Assembly: GCA_963667725.2 (NCBI GenBank) | Contig: CAXXHO010000003.1 | Coordinates: forward strand, 1,760,001 to 1,824,000 | Length of the DNA: 64,000 bases | Source of the DNA: Treponemataceae bacterium | GTDB lineage: Bacteria; Spirochaetota; Spirochaetia; Treponematales; Rectinemataceae | Direction: 5' to 3' | In this document: positions 29,755 to 38,886 of the stretch, one piece after another | Layout of the letters: each line of letters begins with the position of its first letter | Position numbering within the stretch: position 1 is the stretch's first letter | The notes under the pieces: model-generated | What the model was told of the DNA's origin: nothing | The model's database searches: none | What the model saw: only the letters and a program-made list of their open reading frames with translations | Made by a program: the position numbers and the translations under genes

Positions 29755-32748
29755 ATGCATAAAGGCAATAAGCCTTTTGTCGTTGTGATGGCAATACTTA
29801 TCATGGTATTTGCTTCATGCGCGACAAAGCCGACGGAGACAAAACCGGAAACGGTTCCCGAAGTCACGACGACGACGGTAGCCGCGCCCATTCCGGAAGT
29901 AGTACCCGCAGTAACCGTCACCACGGTTGCTGTAGAGCCAACCACAGTCGTCCAGCCTTCAGTTTCCGAAATTGAGCTCAGGAATCTTTTCGGGCAGGCC
30001 AACTCTCTCAAGATGGATGTAGCCCGCTATGATATCCCCAGAGTGCTTCCGGATGCCTTCAAGACCGTTGATGACGATTTTGCGGCCATCAAGACCGCCT
30101 ACGACTCGACGATGGACGAAGTGAGCTACGATGGCGTGAAAGCCTATCCGATCAAGGCTCGGCTGGAAAAATCCATCGCTTCCTGGGAATCCCTGATCGC
30201 GGAAGGAATGCCTCTCCGCGTCGAGGAAGAAAGCGACAAAACCACGGACATGAAATTCGCCGCCATCAGCGCCGAGGCGCCCGAACTGGCCAGCGAACGA
30301 TTCCAGGGTTCGGAAGAACTTCTCAGCGAGGCCGATGCCCTTGCCGAAGGCAAAGAATATTCGATGGCTATTCCCGCTTATCAGCAGACCGCCGCCGGAT
30401 TCGACGTAGCCGCGGAAAAGGCCAAGGCCAACAAGATCCGCGAAAAGATTTTTGCCAATGGCTACGCGAAATACGCTGACAGCAACTTCCAGATCGCCGA
30501 AAACAAATACAAGGCTGAAGAGGAACTTTGGACCTCCGGCTCGCTCGAAGACCTGAAAGCCGGCGCCCAGACCTTGAGGGAAGCCAATGATTACTACGAA
30601 TTCGTCGCCGCCACCGGCGCCGAGTACAAGTCTTTCGAAGGAAAGGACAGCGCCCTTCAGGCACAGGAAAAAGCCCTTTCCATCAAGGCCGACGTCAATG
30701 CCCCGGAACAGTATTCTTCCGCCAACGACATTCTGAGCGAAGCGATGGCCAACCAGGAAAAGGGAGACTATGAAAGCGCCTACCTCTGGTTCGGCGACGC
30801 GACCGAAGCCTATGGCGGCGCCTACGATGCAGCGATGAGCCTGCAGTCGGAGAACGAGGGAGCCATAGCGACGGCCGAGGCAGCCGTTTTGGCCAGTGAG
30901 CAGAAATCCGACGCTTCGGGAATCGAAGGCAACGTATACCTGCCTGAAGCCAAGTCTTATCTGGAAAACGCCAAGGCCCAGTCCGAGGAGATGCTTTTCG
31001 CCGATTCCACGGTCAACGCCAACGAAGCGGTCAACTACGCCGTCATGTCGGATAACTATATCGACAGCGAGCAGAAGAAGGCCGCCGAAGCCGAAGCCAA
31101 GGCTCTGCAGGACGCGAAAGCCCTGACCGATCCCGCCATGGCCGACGCCAGGACGCGAATGGCCTGGGCGGAGAACAACGAGATCAAGGCCGACTATCCC
31201 GAGCAGTACAAGCAAGCCGACGCCGCCATGAAGGCAGCCGAGATGGCCTACGCGAACGAGAAATACGTTCCCGCGAAGGATCTGGCCGGCGAAGTGTCCA
31301 CCACGCTGTCCGACGACTTCCAGAAGCAGGTGCTCGCCGACAGGGACGCAGCCGCCGCCGAAAAGGCCAGCATCGAAGCCGAAAAGGCCAGACTGGCCGC
31401 CGAGAAAGCGGAAGCCGATCCCGCCATGGCCGACGCCAGGACGCGCATGGCCTGGGCCGAGAACAACGAGATCAAGGCCGACTATCCCGAGCAGTACAAG
31501 CAATCCGACGCCGCTATGAAAGCCGCCGAGATGGCCTACGCGAATGAGAAATACGTTCCCGCGAAGGATCTGGCCGGCGAAGTGTCCACCACGCTATCGG
31601 ATGATTTCCAGAAGCAGGTGCTCGCCGACAGGGACGCAGCCGCCGCCGAAAAGGCCAGCATCGAAGCCGAAAAGGCCAGAATCGAAGCTGAGAGGGCCAG
31701 ACTTGCCGCCGAGAAAGTGGCCACCGATAGCGCCATGGCCGACGCTCAGAACAGAATGGCCTGGGCCAACGAGAACGGCATAAAAGAAGAGTATCCCAAC
31801 GAGTACCAGGGCGCGTCCAAAGCCATGGTCGACGCATTCGTTTCCTACGGCAAGGAAGACTATGATACGGCCACCGGAAAGGCCAAGGAAGTTTCCTCCA
31901 TCCTTTCCGATGATTTCCAGAATGCGGTGATGGCCGAGAAAAAGGCCGCCGAGGAAGAAAAAGCCAGACTGGCCGCCGAGAAAGCGGAAGCCGATCCCGC
32001 CATGGCCGACGCCAGGACGCGCATGGCCTGGGCCGAGAACAACGAGATCAAGGCCGACTATCCTGCGCAGTACAAGCAAGCCGACGCCGCCATGAAGGCA
32101 GCCGAGATGGCCTACGCGAATGAGAAATACGTTCCCGCGAAGGATCTGGCCGGCGAAGTATCCACCACGCTGTCGGACGATTTCCAGAAGCAGGTGCTCG
32201 CCGACAGGGAAGCCGCCGCCGCGAAAAAAGCCAAGGACGCCGAAGCGGCCAAGGCCGCAGCCATAGCGGCCGCCAAAGCCGCCGCGCTGACCGACATCGA
32301 AAACGCCCAGGGCAAGTATGACTGGTCGGTTTCCAAGAATGCCCAGAACAACTACCCTGAACTTCTCGCGAAGGGCGCCATCGAGCTCGATTCCGCCAAG
32401 GTAGCCTTCAATGCGGAAGACTATGCCAACGCCTCGGCCAAAGCCCGGGCCGCTTCCGAAACTTTCTCCGGCATCGCGGAATTCGCTCCCCTCCCCGCCA
32501 CCTACGTCGTGCGGCTTATCCCCGAACGCAGGGACTGCCTGTGGAGAATCGCGGAGTACCCCTTCATCTACAACAACCCTCTCAAGTGGCCGGTTCTTTA
32601 TGAGGCGAACAAGAAGACCTTCAGGGATCCTTCCAACCCCAACCTCATATTCCCGAATCAGGTTCTCCAGATCCCCAGCATAAAGGGCGAAACCCGCTCC
32701 GGCACTTGGGACCCGAAAAAGTCCTATAATCCCCTTCCGAGAAAATAG
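29755..32748 (+). CDS. Large helical-repeat lipoprotein with C-terminal LysM peptidoglycan-binding domain
   Basis: AGGAGG RBS; lipobox FASC; T/V/P-rich linker; helical repeats; YVVRLIPERRDCLWRIAEYPFIYNNPLKWPVLYEAN...NPNLIFPNQVLQIP. Confidence 0.9.
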   Translation: MHKGNKPFVVVMAILIMVFASCATKPTETKPETVPEVTTTTVAAPIPEVVPAVTVTTVAVEPTTVVQPSVSEIELRNLFGQANSLKMDVARYDIPRVLPDAFKTVDDDFAAIKTAYDSTMDEVSYDGVKAYPIKARLEKSIASWESLIAEGMPLRVEEESDKTTDMKFAAISAEAPELASERFQGSEELLSEADALAEGKEYSMAIPAYQQTAAGFDVAAEKAKANKIREKIFANGYAKYADSNFQIAENKYKAEEELWTSGSLEDLKAGAQTLREANDYYEFVAATGAEYKSFEGKDSALQAQEKALSIKADVNAPEQYSSANDILSEAMANQEKGDYESAYLWFGDATEAYGGAYDAAMSLQSENEGAIATAEAAVLASEQKSDASGIEGNVYLPEAKSYLENAKAQSEEMLFADSTVNANEAVNYAVMSDNYIDSEQKKAAEAEAKALQDAKALTDPAMADARTRMAWAENNEIKADYPEQYKQADAAMKAAEMAYANEKYVPAKDLAGEVSTTLSDDFQKQVLADRDAAAAEKASIEAEKARLAAEKAEADPAMADARTRMAWAENNEIKADYPEQYKQSDAAMKAAEMAYANEKYVPAKDLAGEVSTTLSDDFQKQVLADRDAAAAEKASIEAEKARIEAERARLAAEKVATDSAMADAQNRMAWANENGIKEEYPNEYQGASKAMVDAFVSYGKEDYDTATGKAKEVSSILSDDFQNAVMAEKKAAEEEKARLAAEKAEADPAMADARTRMAWAENNEIKADYPAQYKQADAAMKAAEMAYANEKYVPAKDLAGEVSTTLSDDFQKQVLADREAAAAKKAKDAEAAKAAAIAAAKAAALTDIENAQGKYDWSVSKNAQNNYPELLAKGAIELDSAKVAFNAEDYANASAKARAASETFSGIAEFAPLPATYVVRLIPERRDCLWRIAEYPFIYNNPLKWPVLYEANKKTFRDPSNPNLIFPNQVLQIPSIKGETRSGTWDPKKSYNPLPRK
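31129..32220 (+). repeat. Intragenic ~270-310 bp direct repeats (units start 31129, 31417, 31726, 31993)
   Basis: Units 1, 2 and 4 near-identical in DNA (DPAMADARTRMAWAENNEIKADYP...); unit 3 diverged. Confidence 0.95.
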
Positions 32749-32758
32749 GGGATAAAAA

Positions 32759-32788
32759 ATCGGGCGGCCGAACGAACGACCGCCCGAT
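32759..32788. other. GC-rich hairpin just after LysM gene
   Basis: ATCGGGCGG...CCGCCCGAT inverted repeat. Confidence 0.6.
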
Positions 32789-32800
32789 AGCGATTCAAAC

Positions 32801-32832
32801 AAAAAGGGCTGTCCGCGCGGACAGCCCTTTTT
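32801..32832. terminator. Bidirectional rho-independent terminator
   Basis: Perfect 32-bp palindrome AAAAAGGGCTGTCCGC-GCGGACAGCCCTTTTT between convergent genes. Confidence 0.92.
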
Positions 32833-32899
32833 CTTGCTTCGGAAAAATTCCAGGTTCCGATGAAGTCAGCCTATCGGAAGCGCGTAAGGATATGAATTT

Positions 32900-34222
32900 T
32901 CAGAAAACCGACATCCCCCTGAAGAATTCCCTGAGCAGGGCGATCATCGCCCTATGGTCCGCTCCCTCGATGGTTTCCCGCACCGCGTGCATGGCAAGCA
33001 GGGGGTGGCCGATATCCATGGCGCGGATGCCCAGGCGCGAGGCCGACATAGGACCGATGGTCGTCCCGGGCTGGATATCGGCGCGGGACATGTATTTCTG
33101 CCAGGGCAGGGAGGCTTGATCGCAGAGAAGCTTGAATACCGATTCGGTAACCATATCGGTGGCATAGCGCTGGTTGACGTTCATCTTGACGGCCGGACCC
33201 TTCCCCAGGAGCGGCGAATAGGCTTCGTCGAATTTTTCGGTATAGGCGGGATTCCAGGCCTGGGCTGCATCGACCGATAGGCAGAGAGAGCGGGCTCCGG
33301 CCTTGTAGAAGTCCTCAGCCGCTCCCTTCATAGCGATATTGATCCTGGCGAGAACGTCGCGCATGAAGCTGGAATTGGCCCCCAGGGCCGTCATGGATCC
33401 AATCTCCTCGGCATCGAGGAAGCAGGCGATCTGCGTCATGGGACCTGGTTTCGCCGATGTGAAGGCTTCCAGGATGGCATGGCATCCCGCCAGATCGTCC
33501 AGGCGAGAGGCGTTGATGAGTTCGCCCTTTTCATCGCTTCCGAAAACGGAGGCTTTCTGGCTGTCGTAGAAGGACAGATCCATAGCGACTATGCCGGCGG
33601 CCGGAATGCCCAGATCGGCGGCAATCCTCCGCTTAAGCCAGGACGGGTCCTCTCCCGGGCTTTCTCCGGTCTCATCGGCGGCCGAAGCCACCTCCACGAG
33701 CACGGGCAGGTGCTGGTGGGCGTTGTATTCCATGCCCTTGTTGATTTCGCGGTTGAGATGGATGGGGAGATTGGGAATGACGCCGACAGCCCTGCCAGAA
33801 TTGTACAGCATCTCCTTTATCCCTTCGCCGTCGCGTATGACCACGCTCCCCGCGAGGGCGAGCGGCCTGTCCAGCCATCCCGACAGGATGGCCCCGCCGT
33901 AGACATCGACGGCGATTCTCAGCATGGACCTGCCGTTTTTCTCGGTATCGGGCCGCACCTTGAGACAGGGGCTGTCCGTGTGGGCTCCGGCGAGGATGTA
34001 ACCCGACCTTCCCATGGGCTGCAGGCCAGGCCTGAAAGCGATAATCGCCGAGGAACCGCGTTCCAGGTAATAAGCGGCTCCGGGCTCAAGATTCCAGGAT
34101 TCCCTCTCCTCCAGGGCTATGGCGCCGTGGGCTGAAAGAAATGCCTTTATGTTGTCGGCGGCGTGGAAGGAGGTAGGCGAAGCGTCCAGGAAATCACAAA
34201 GGCTTCTCGTTGTCTGCATCAT
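32900..34222 (-). CDS. M18 family (aspartyl) aminopeptidase
   Basis: SPTSFHA, GAHTDSPCLK, WLDRPL, IPNLPIHLNR, SRLDDL, DAEEIGS, GTTIGP, AMHAVRE. Confidence 0.93.
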   Translation of the reverse strand: MMQTTRSLCDFLDASPTSFHAADNIKAFLSAHGAIALEERESWNLEPGAAYYLERGSSAIIAFRPGLQPMGRSGYILAGAHTDSPCLKVRPDTEKNGRSMLRIAVDVYGGAILSGWLDRPLALAGSVVIRDGEGIKEMLYNSGRAVGVIPNLPIHLNREINKGMEYNAHQHLPVLVEVASAADETGESPGEDPSWLKRRIAADLGIPAAGIVAMDLSFYDSQKASVFGSDEKGELINASRLDDLAGCHAILEAFTSAKPGPMTQIACFLDAEEIGSMTALGANSSFMRDVLARINIAMKGAAEDFYKAGARSLCLSVDAAQAWNPAYTEKFDEAYSPLLGKGPAVKMNVNQRYATDMVTESVFKLLCDQASLPWQKYMSRADIQPGTTIGPMSASRLGIRAMDIGHPLLAMHAVRETIEGADHRAMIALLREFFRGMSVF

Positions 34223-34592
34223 TGTTTTCAATTCCTTCCCGCGCCGGTTCTTTCCCCGCTCTGCCGAGGAAGGGATTCGCTTTCAGGGACTTAAGTTCGG
34301 AAGAAAGGGTAAAGAGCGTGGTTTTCAGCTCGATGATATCGGCCTTGAGCGAATGGTCGCCCAGCATCAGCTCAGTTTCCATGAAGCGGCAGGCGGCCTT
34401 GAGTCCCAGTCTGCGATCGAAGGCAAGGTATTTAAGGCGGGACAGCACGCAGAGGTCCAGGGGCGTATAGACGCGCCGCCCGAAGACATCTTTTCTCGGG
34501 GCGAGGAATGGCACTTCCTTCTCCCAGAATCTCAGGGTGGAAGCGGGAAGATCGAGCATCGCCTCCACTTCTCCGGTGCTGTAACTCGTCAT
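34194..34592 (-). CDS. MerR family HTH transcriptional regulator
   Basis: YSTGEVEAMLDLPASTLRFWEKE...GRRVY; ATGA overlap with der stop. Confidence 0.85.
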   Translation of the reverse strand: MTSYSTGEVEAMLDLPASTLRFWEKEVPFLAPRKDVFGRRVYTPLDLCVLSRLKYLAFDRRLGLKAACRFMETELMLGDHSLKADIIELKTTLFTLSSELKSLKANPFLGRAGKEPAREGIENNDADNEKPL

Positions 34593-36046
34593 GCTTTCTT
34601 TCGGTCGTTCCAATCCTTGCGCGAAGCCTTGAGATCCAGCTTCACGGGGATGGTATCGAGGGAGAACTCTTCCCTCACTTTGTTCTTGAGGAAAGAAATG
34701 TAGGAATCGGGGACGAGATCGGGTCTCGTCACGAAGAAACAGAATTTCTGCGGATTGAGGCTGGTCTGGACCGCGTAACGCAGCTTGAATTTGGTGCGCA
34801 GGCCGATAGGCGGGGGATTCGAATCGATCCAGGTTCCCACCGCCTTGTTCAGCTTGGAGGTTTCGATGCGTTTCGTCAGCTTCGAATACATCGAGATGAC
34901 GGTGTTCATCATCTTGTCCAGCCCGACACCTTCCTTCGCCGAAATGGCGACGATGGGCGCGTAGGCCATCTGGCCGAAGAACCAGCGGATCTTGTCCTTC
35001 GTGGCTTCGAAGGTGTTCTTTACATCGGGCATGAGGTCCCATTTATTGAGGACGAAAATGACGCCCCTGCCTTCGTCCACGGCGAAGGCGGCGATTTTCT
35101 TGTCCTGGTCGGTGAGGCCTTCTTTCGCGTCGATCATGAGGAGGACGATATCGGCCCGCTCGACGACGGAGATCGATCGCGTGACCGAATAGTATTCGAC
35201 GTTGTCCGTCACCTTCTTCTTGCGTCGTATCCCGGCTGTGTCGAGGACGAGGATTCCCCTTCCCTTCCAGGTCAGGCGGCCCTCGACGATGTCTCTCGTC
35301 GTCCCGGGCACATCGCTGACGATGCTTTTCTCTTCGCCGAGAAGGAGGTTGAGGAGGCTGGACTTGCCCGTGTTGGGCTTGCCCATGATCGCGATCCTGA
35401 TGTCGGCGCGCTCGAAATCGACGGCTCTGACGCCGGTGAAATCCAGATGCGTACGGATCATGTCGACGAGTTCGTCGATATGGCGATTGTGCTCCGCCGA
35501 GATGAAGAGGACGTCCGGGAATCCCCATCGCATGTGGGACCAGACCAGGGCGTCGCGCTCGGCGCTGTCCGCCTTGTTGACGACAAGGACCAGCTTCTTG
35601 GTCATGGGACGCAGCAGTTCGGCGAATTCCTCATCCTCGGGCGTTATCTCGGTGGCGTCGACGATAAACAGGATGAGGTCGGCCCGCGAAAGAATGGACA
35701 GGGTTCTCGCCACGACAAGATCGTCCAGGCCTTCCCTCTCCAGCTTGAATCCGCCCGTATCGGCCAGCCGGCAGCGCAGGTCCGTATCGGGCAGGAGGAA
35801 CTCCTCCTCGATGGGATCTCTCGTGACGCCGGGGGTCGGATCGGTTATCGCCCTTCTCTTGTGAAGAAGACGGTTGAACAGCGTGGACTTGCCTACATTC
35901 GGTCTTCCCACCAGGGCGACAAGGGGGAGGTTTTCATAGCGGACGAGTTTTTCCGGTTCGTCGACGGCATCATTGTCCTGGGAGACTGAATTTTGCGTGA
36001 CCTTCGCTTTTTTCTCGTTTTCTTCCGAATTTTTTTTCATGATCAT
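34589..36046 (-). CDS. der: Ribosome biogenesis GTPase Der (EngA)
   Basis: Two GTPase domains (GRPNVGKS/DTGG/NKAD and GKPNTGKS/DTAG/NKWD) plus KH-like tail. Confidence 0.97.
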   Translation of the reverse strand: MIMKKNSEENEKKAKVTQNSVSQDNDAVDEPEKLVRYENLPLVALVGRPNVGKSTLFNRLLHKRRAITDPTPGVTRDPIEEEFLLPDTDLRCRLADTGGFKLEREGLDDLVVARTLSILSRADLILFIVDATEITPEDEEFAELLRPMTKKLVLVVNKADSAERDALVWSHMRWGFPDVLFISAEHNRHIDELVDMIRTHLDFTGVRAVDFERADIRIAIMGKPNTGKSSLLNLLLGEEKSIVSDVPGTTRDIVEGRLTWKGRGILVLDTAGIRRKKKVTDNVEYYSVTRSISVVERADIVLLMIDAKEGLTDQDKKIAAFAVDEGRGVIFVLNKWDLMPDVKNTFEATKDKIRWFFGQMAYAPIVAISAKEGVGLDKMMNTVISMYSKLTKRIETSKLNKAVGTWIDSNPPPIGLRTKFKLRYAVQTSLNPQKFCFFVTRPDLVPDSYISFLKNKVREEFSLDTIPVKLDLKASRKDWNDRKKA

Positions 36047-36047
36047 C

Positions 36048-37769
36048 CTATCGTTTGAATCGGTTGGCGATATAAGTCGTTACCTCTGAGGAACTTGTCA
36101 TTTTCATCACCGCCGCGGCCATGGCTTCCGCGTCCTCGAGCTTCTGCGACATGAGGAAGCTCTTCACGGCCGGTATGGATACCGCCGACATTGAAAGCTC
36201 TCGCAATCCCATGCCGACGAGAAGAATGGCGGCCGAGGGGTCGGCGCCCATCTCGCCGCAGAGACTCACGTCGATCTTGGCCCGTCTGGCGGCGTCGATG
36301 GTCATCTTTATGAGACGCAGGACAGCGGGATTGTAGGGATCGTGCAGGTAGGCGACTTTTTCGTTTCCGCGATCGACGGCCATCGTGTATTGGGTAAGGT
36401 CGTTGGTGCCTATCGAGAAAAAATCGGCGCTTCTCGACAGGACATCGGAGCAGATGGCGGCCGAGGGGACCTCGATCATTATGCCGGCCTTGATATGATC
36501 CGGAACGGCATAGCCGCGGGTCCTACATTCTAGCCGCGCCTCTTCGAGGATGCCCCGCGCCTGGATGAGCTCTTCCATCGTGCTGATCATGGGGAACATG
36601 ATGCGTACGTCGCCGAAGAAGCTCGCTCTCAGGATGGCCCTGAGCTGGGTGCGGAAAATTTCCGTCTTGCTCAGGCAGAATCGTATGGCCCTCCATCCGA
36701 GAAGGGGATTCTTCTCATCCTGCGCCCCGAGTTCGGGAAGCACCTTGTCTCCGCCTATATCAAGGGTGCGGATAGTGACCGGTTTGCCGCGCATCCCCTC
36801 GACGACATTCTTGTATGCCTTGTACTGGGCTTCCTCGCCGGGCACATGTCCGCCGAGGAAAAGGAATTCCGAGCGAAAAAGCCCGACGCCGTCCGCGTTG
36901 TGCTCCACCACGGACTCCACCTCATCGGGCACCTCAAGGTTCGCCATGAGGAGGATTCGGACGCCATCCCTGGTGGTGGCGGGAACATCCCTTATGCCGG
37001 CGAATTCTTTTTCCCTGATCAATCTGAGATTCTGCGCGGCTCTTTCTTTTTTCAGCGCGGCTTCATCGGGATCCACCACGACGATGCCGCGATCGCCGTC
37101 GACGATGAAGGGAATCCCCGCCTTCACGTCCGCCATGAAGGATCCTATGCCGAGAACCGCCGGTATCTGGAAGGCCCGCGCGAGAATGGCCGCGTGGCTC
37201 GTCCTTCCTCCCGCTTCGGTGGCGATCGCCTTGATATGGGTGCGGGCCATTCCCACCATGTCGGAGGGAAGAAGGTCTTTGGCAATGACAATGACATCCC
37301 TGTCTATATCGGCAAGGCTGAATCTTTCCCTATGGAGGAGATGTCCCAGAATCCTCCTGACGACATCGTGAACGTCCGAAACCCGCTCCTGGATGTAAGG
37401 GTCCTGGGAGGCCGAAAGCTGATCGATCATCTGCTGTTCCAGGGTAAAAACGATGCTCTCCACGTTGAGCAGCGAATCGCCAAGATTATTTCTCACGCTC
37501 GACGCGACTTCGGGGTCGTCGAGCATCATGAGGTGGGCGTCGAAAATCGCGGCCTGTTCCTCGCCGGCTTCTTTCAGGGCCTTTTCGCGGAGCGCGCCGA
37601 CTTCCTGCTTGGCTTGAACCACGGCTTCGGCGAAGCGAGAGAACTCAGGTTCTATATCCTCGTGGGCGATGGAATACGAAGGTATGGACGCGTTGTAATC
37701 ATCGTAGAAGATGAAGACGGGCGCGAAGGCCGTGCCCGGCGATGCCGCTATGCCATGCAGTTCTCTCAT
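36048..37769 (-). CDS. ptsI: Phosphoenolpyruvate-protein phosphotransferase (PTS enzyme I)
   Basis: GGRTSHAAILAR phospho-His, GVGLFRSEF, RTLDIGGDK, NPLLGWR, FSIGTNDLTQY, CGE. Confidence 0.96.
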   Translation of the reverse strand: MRELHGIAASPGTAFAPVFIFYDDYNASIPSYSIAHEDIEPEFSRFAEAVVQAKQEVGALREKALKEAGEEQAAIFDAHLMMLDDPEVASSVRNNLGDSLLNVESIVFTLEQQMIDQLSASQDPYIQERVSDVHDVVRRILGHLLHRERFSLADIDRDVIVIAKDLLPSDMVGMARTHIKAIATEAGGRTSHAAILARAFQIPAVLGIGSFMADVKAGIPFIVDGDRGIVVVDPDEAALKKERAAQNLRLIREKEFAGIRDVPATTRDGVRILLMANLEVPDEVESVVEHNADGVGLFRSEFLFLGGHVPGEEAQYKAYKNVVEGMRGKPVTIRTLDIGGDKVLPELGAQDEKNPLLGWRAIRFCLSKTEIFRTQLRAILRASFFGDVRIMFPMISTMEELIQARGILEEARLECRTRGYAVPDHIKAGIMIEVPSAAICSDVLSRSADFFSIGTNDLTQYTMAVDRGNEKVAYLHDPYNPAVLRLIKMTIDAARRAKIDVSLCGEMGADPSAAILLVGMGLRELSMSAVSIPAVKSFLMSQKLEDAEAMAAAVMKMTSSSEVTTYIANRFKR

Positions 37770-37777
37770 ATAGCATG

Positions 37778-37806
37778 AATGTAGCAGAAATTCGTCTCAT
37801 CGTAAA
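37778..37806 (-). promoter_or_regulatory. Sigma70-like promoter for ptsI-der operon (probably leaderless)
   Basis: Minus strand TTTACG-17-TACATT with TGn, 8 nt before ATG; no SD. Confidence 0.6.
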
Positions 37807-37828
37807 TAAGTGGTCAGGCACCCGAAAT

Positions 37829-38767
37829 TTACTGGAGCACATTGGCCGGATTCACCGTTTTTCCGTTTTTGTAGACCGAGAAATGCACATGGGGTCCCGT
37901 GCTGTAGCCCGTATTCCCCGACAAGCCCACCCTGCCGCCCTGAGAGAGATACTCTCCCTCCTGGACGGAAATGGCCGACATGTGCGCGTAGAGCGTCTTC
38001 CAGCCGCCGGGATGCCGGAGAATGACATACTTGCCCATTATGGGCGAATACCCCGTCTCGCTCACCGTGCCTTCCATGGCCGCCGCGATGCGCGTGCCCA
38101 TGGGAACGCCGATATCGAGGCCATTATGGAAGGATTTGCGTCCGGAGAAAGGATCCCTTCTCCAGGAGTACCAGGAAGTGATGACGCCCCTGACCGGCCA
38201 ATGGAACAAATCGCCGGAAATCTCCCTCAGGACTGCCGAAGGAAGCTTGACATCGGGCAGGAAAAGAGCCTTGCCCGCATTCAGCTCGGTGGACAGAAGA
38301 CCATTGGTTTCGATGAGCCTGTCGGCCGAAATCTGGTATTTCGTCGCGATGGAGTCCACGGTGTCGCCCTTCGTGGCGCTGTAGATGATACCGGCCATGC
38401 TCGGGATCTTGAGCAGCTGTTCGGGGCGCAGGGCGCGCGCTGACATGATGTTGTTCGCGCTCAGGATGGTGTCCACCGTGACATCATAGGATTCGGCGAT
38501 GCCGGATACCGTATCGCCTTTTTGCACCTGATATACCGAATAGTAAAGGCCCTGGTCCTCAGCCTCGGGATCTGACTCCGAAAGCAGGATGTCGGCGTCG
38601 AGGGAGTCTATGCTGCCCTTGGCGTAACCGGGGCCGGGCATAGGCCTGAAGCTGGAGCCCAGAAGCGTGATGAGGCAAATGACCGTCAGGATGGTTTTTC
38701 GCAGCGAAGGGCCGCTCACCAGAAGCAGAAGAATTTCGTTGTTCACTCGCTTGAATCGTCTCCGCAC
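37829..38767 (-). CDS. LysM x2 + M23 family peptidoglycan metallopeptidase
   Basis: YQVQKGDTVSGIA LysM repeats; HNGLD, YAHM, GYSTGPHVHF; GTG start chosen from the promoter and GGAG RBS. Confidence 0.92.
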   Translation of the reverse strand: MRRRFKRVNNEILLLLVSGPSLRKTILTVICLITLLGSSFRPMPGPGYAKGSIDSLDADILLSESDPEAEDQGLYYSVYQVQKGDTVSGIAESYDVTVDTILSANNIMSARALRPEQLLKIPSMAGIIYSATKGDTVDSIATKYQISADRLIETNGLLSTELNAGKALFLPDVKLPSAVLREISGDLFHWPVRGVITSWYSWRRDPFSGRKSFHNGLDIGVPMGTRIAAAMEGTVSETGYSPIMGKYVILRHPGGWKTLYAHMSAISVQEGEYLSQGGRVGLSGNTGYSTGPHVHFSVYKNGKTVNPANVLQ

Positions 38768-38797
38768 CCAATGCTCCGCAATATCGAGGATTGAGGC

Positions 38798-38826
38798 ATT
38801 ATACCGGCAGTTCTGGCGGTTTGCAA
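38798..38826 (-). promoter_or_regulatory. Sigma70 promoter for M23 gene
   Basis: Minus strand TTGCAA-17-TATAAT. Confidence 0.75.
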
Positions 38827-38886
38827 TCACTTTTTTCCGGCTCCATCTTGCCCCTGAAGCCCCTATGGCGATACTGTTGCCTTATC

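Noticed and set aside
31129..32220. Long direct repeats considered as a CRISPR array or DGR template/variable pair
   Set aside because: Units are in-frame protein modules with no spacers, differences are mostly synonymous rather than adenine-specific, and no cas or reverse transcriptase gene is present.
34593..35042. Extension of the 282-aa ORF suggesting a frameshifted Der-MerR fusion
   Set aside because: der is intact with its own stop, and MerR starts at the overlapping ATGA; no slippery site is needed.
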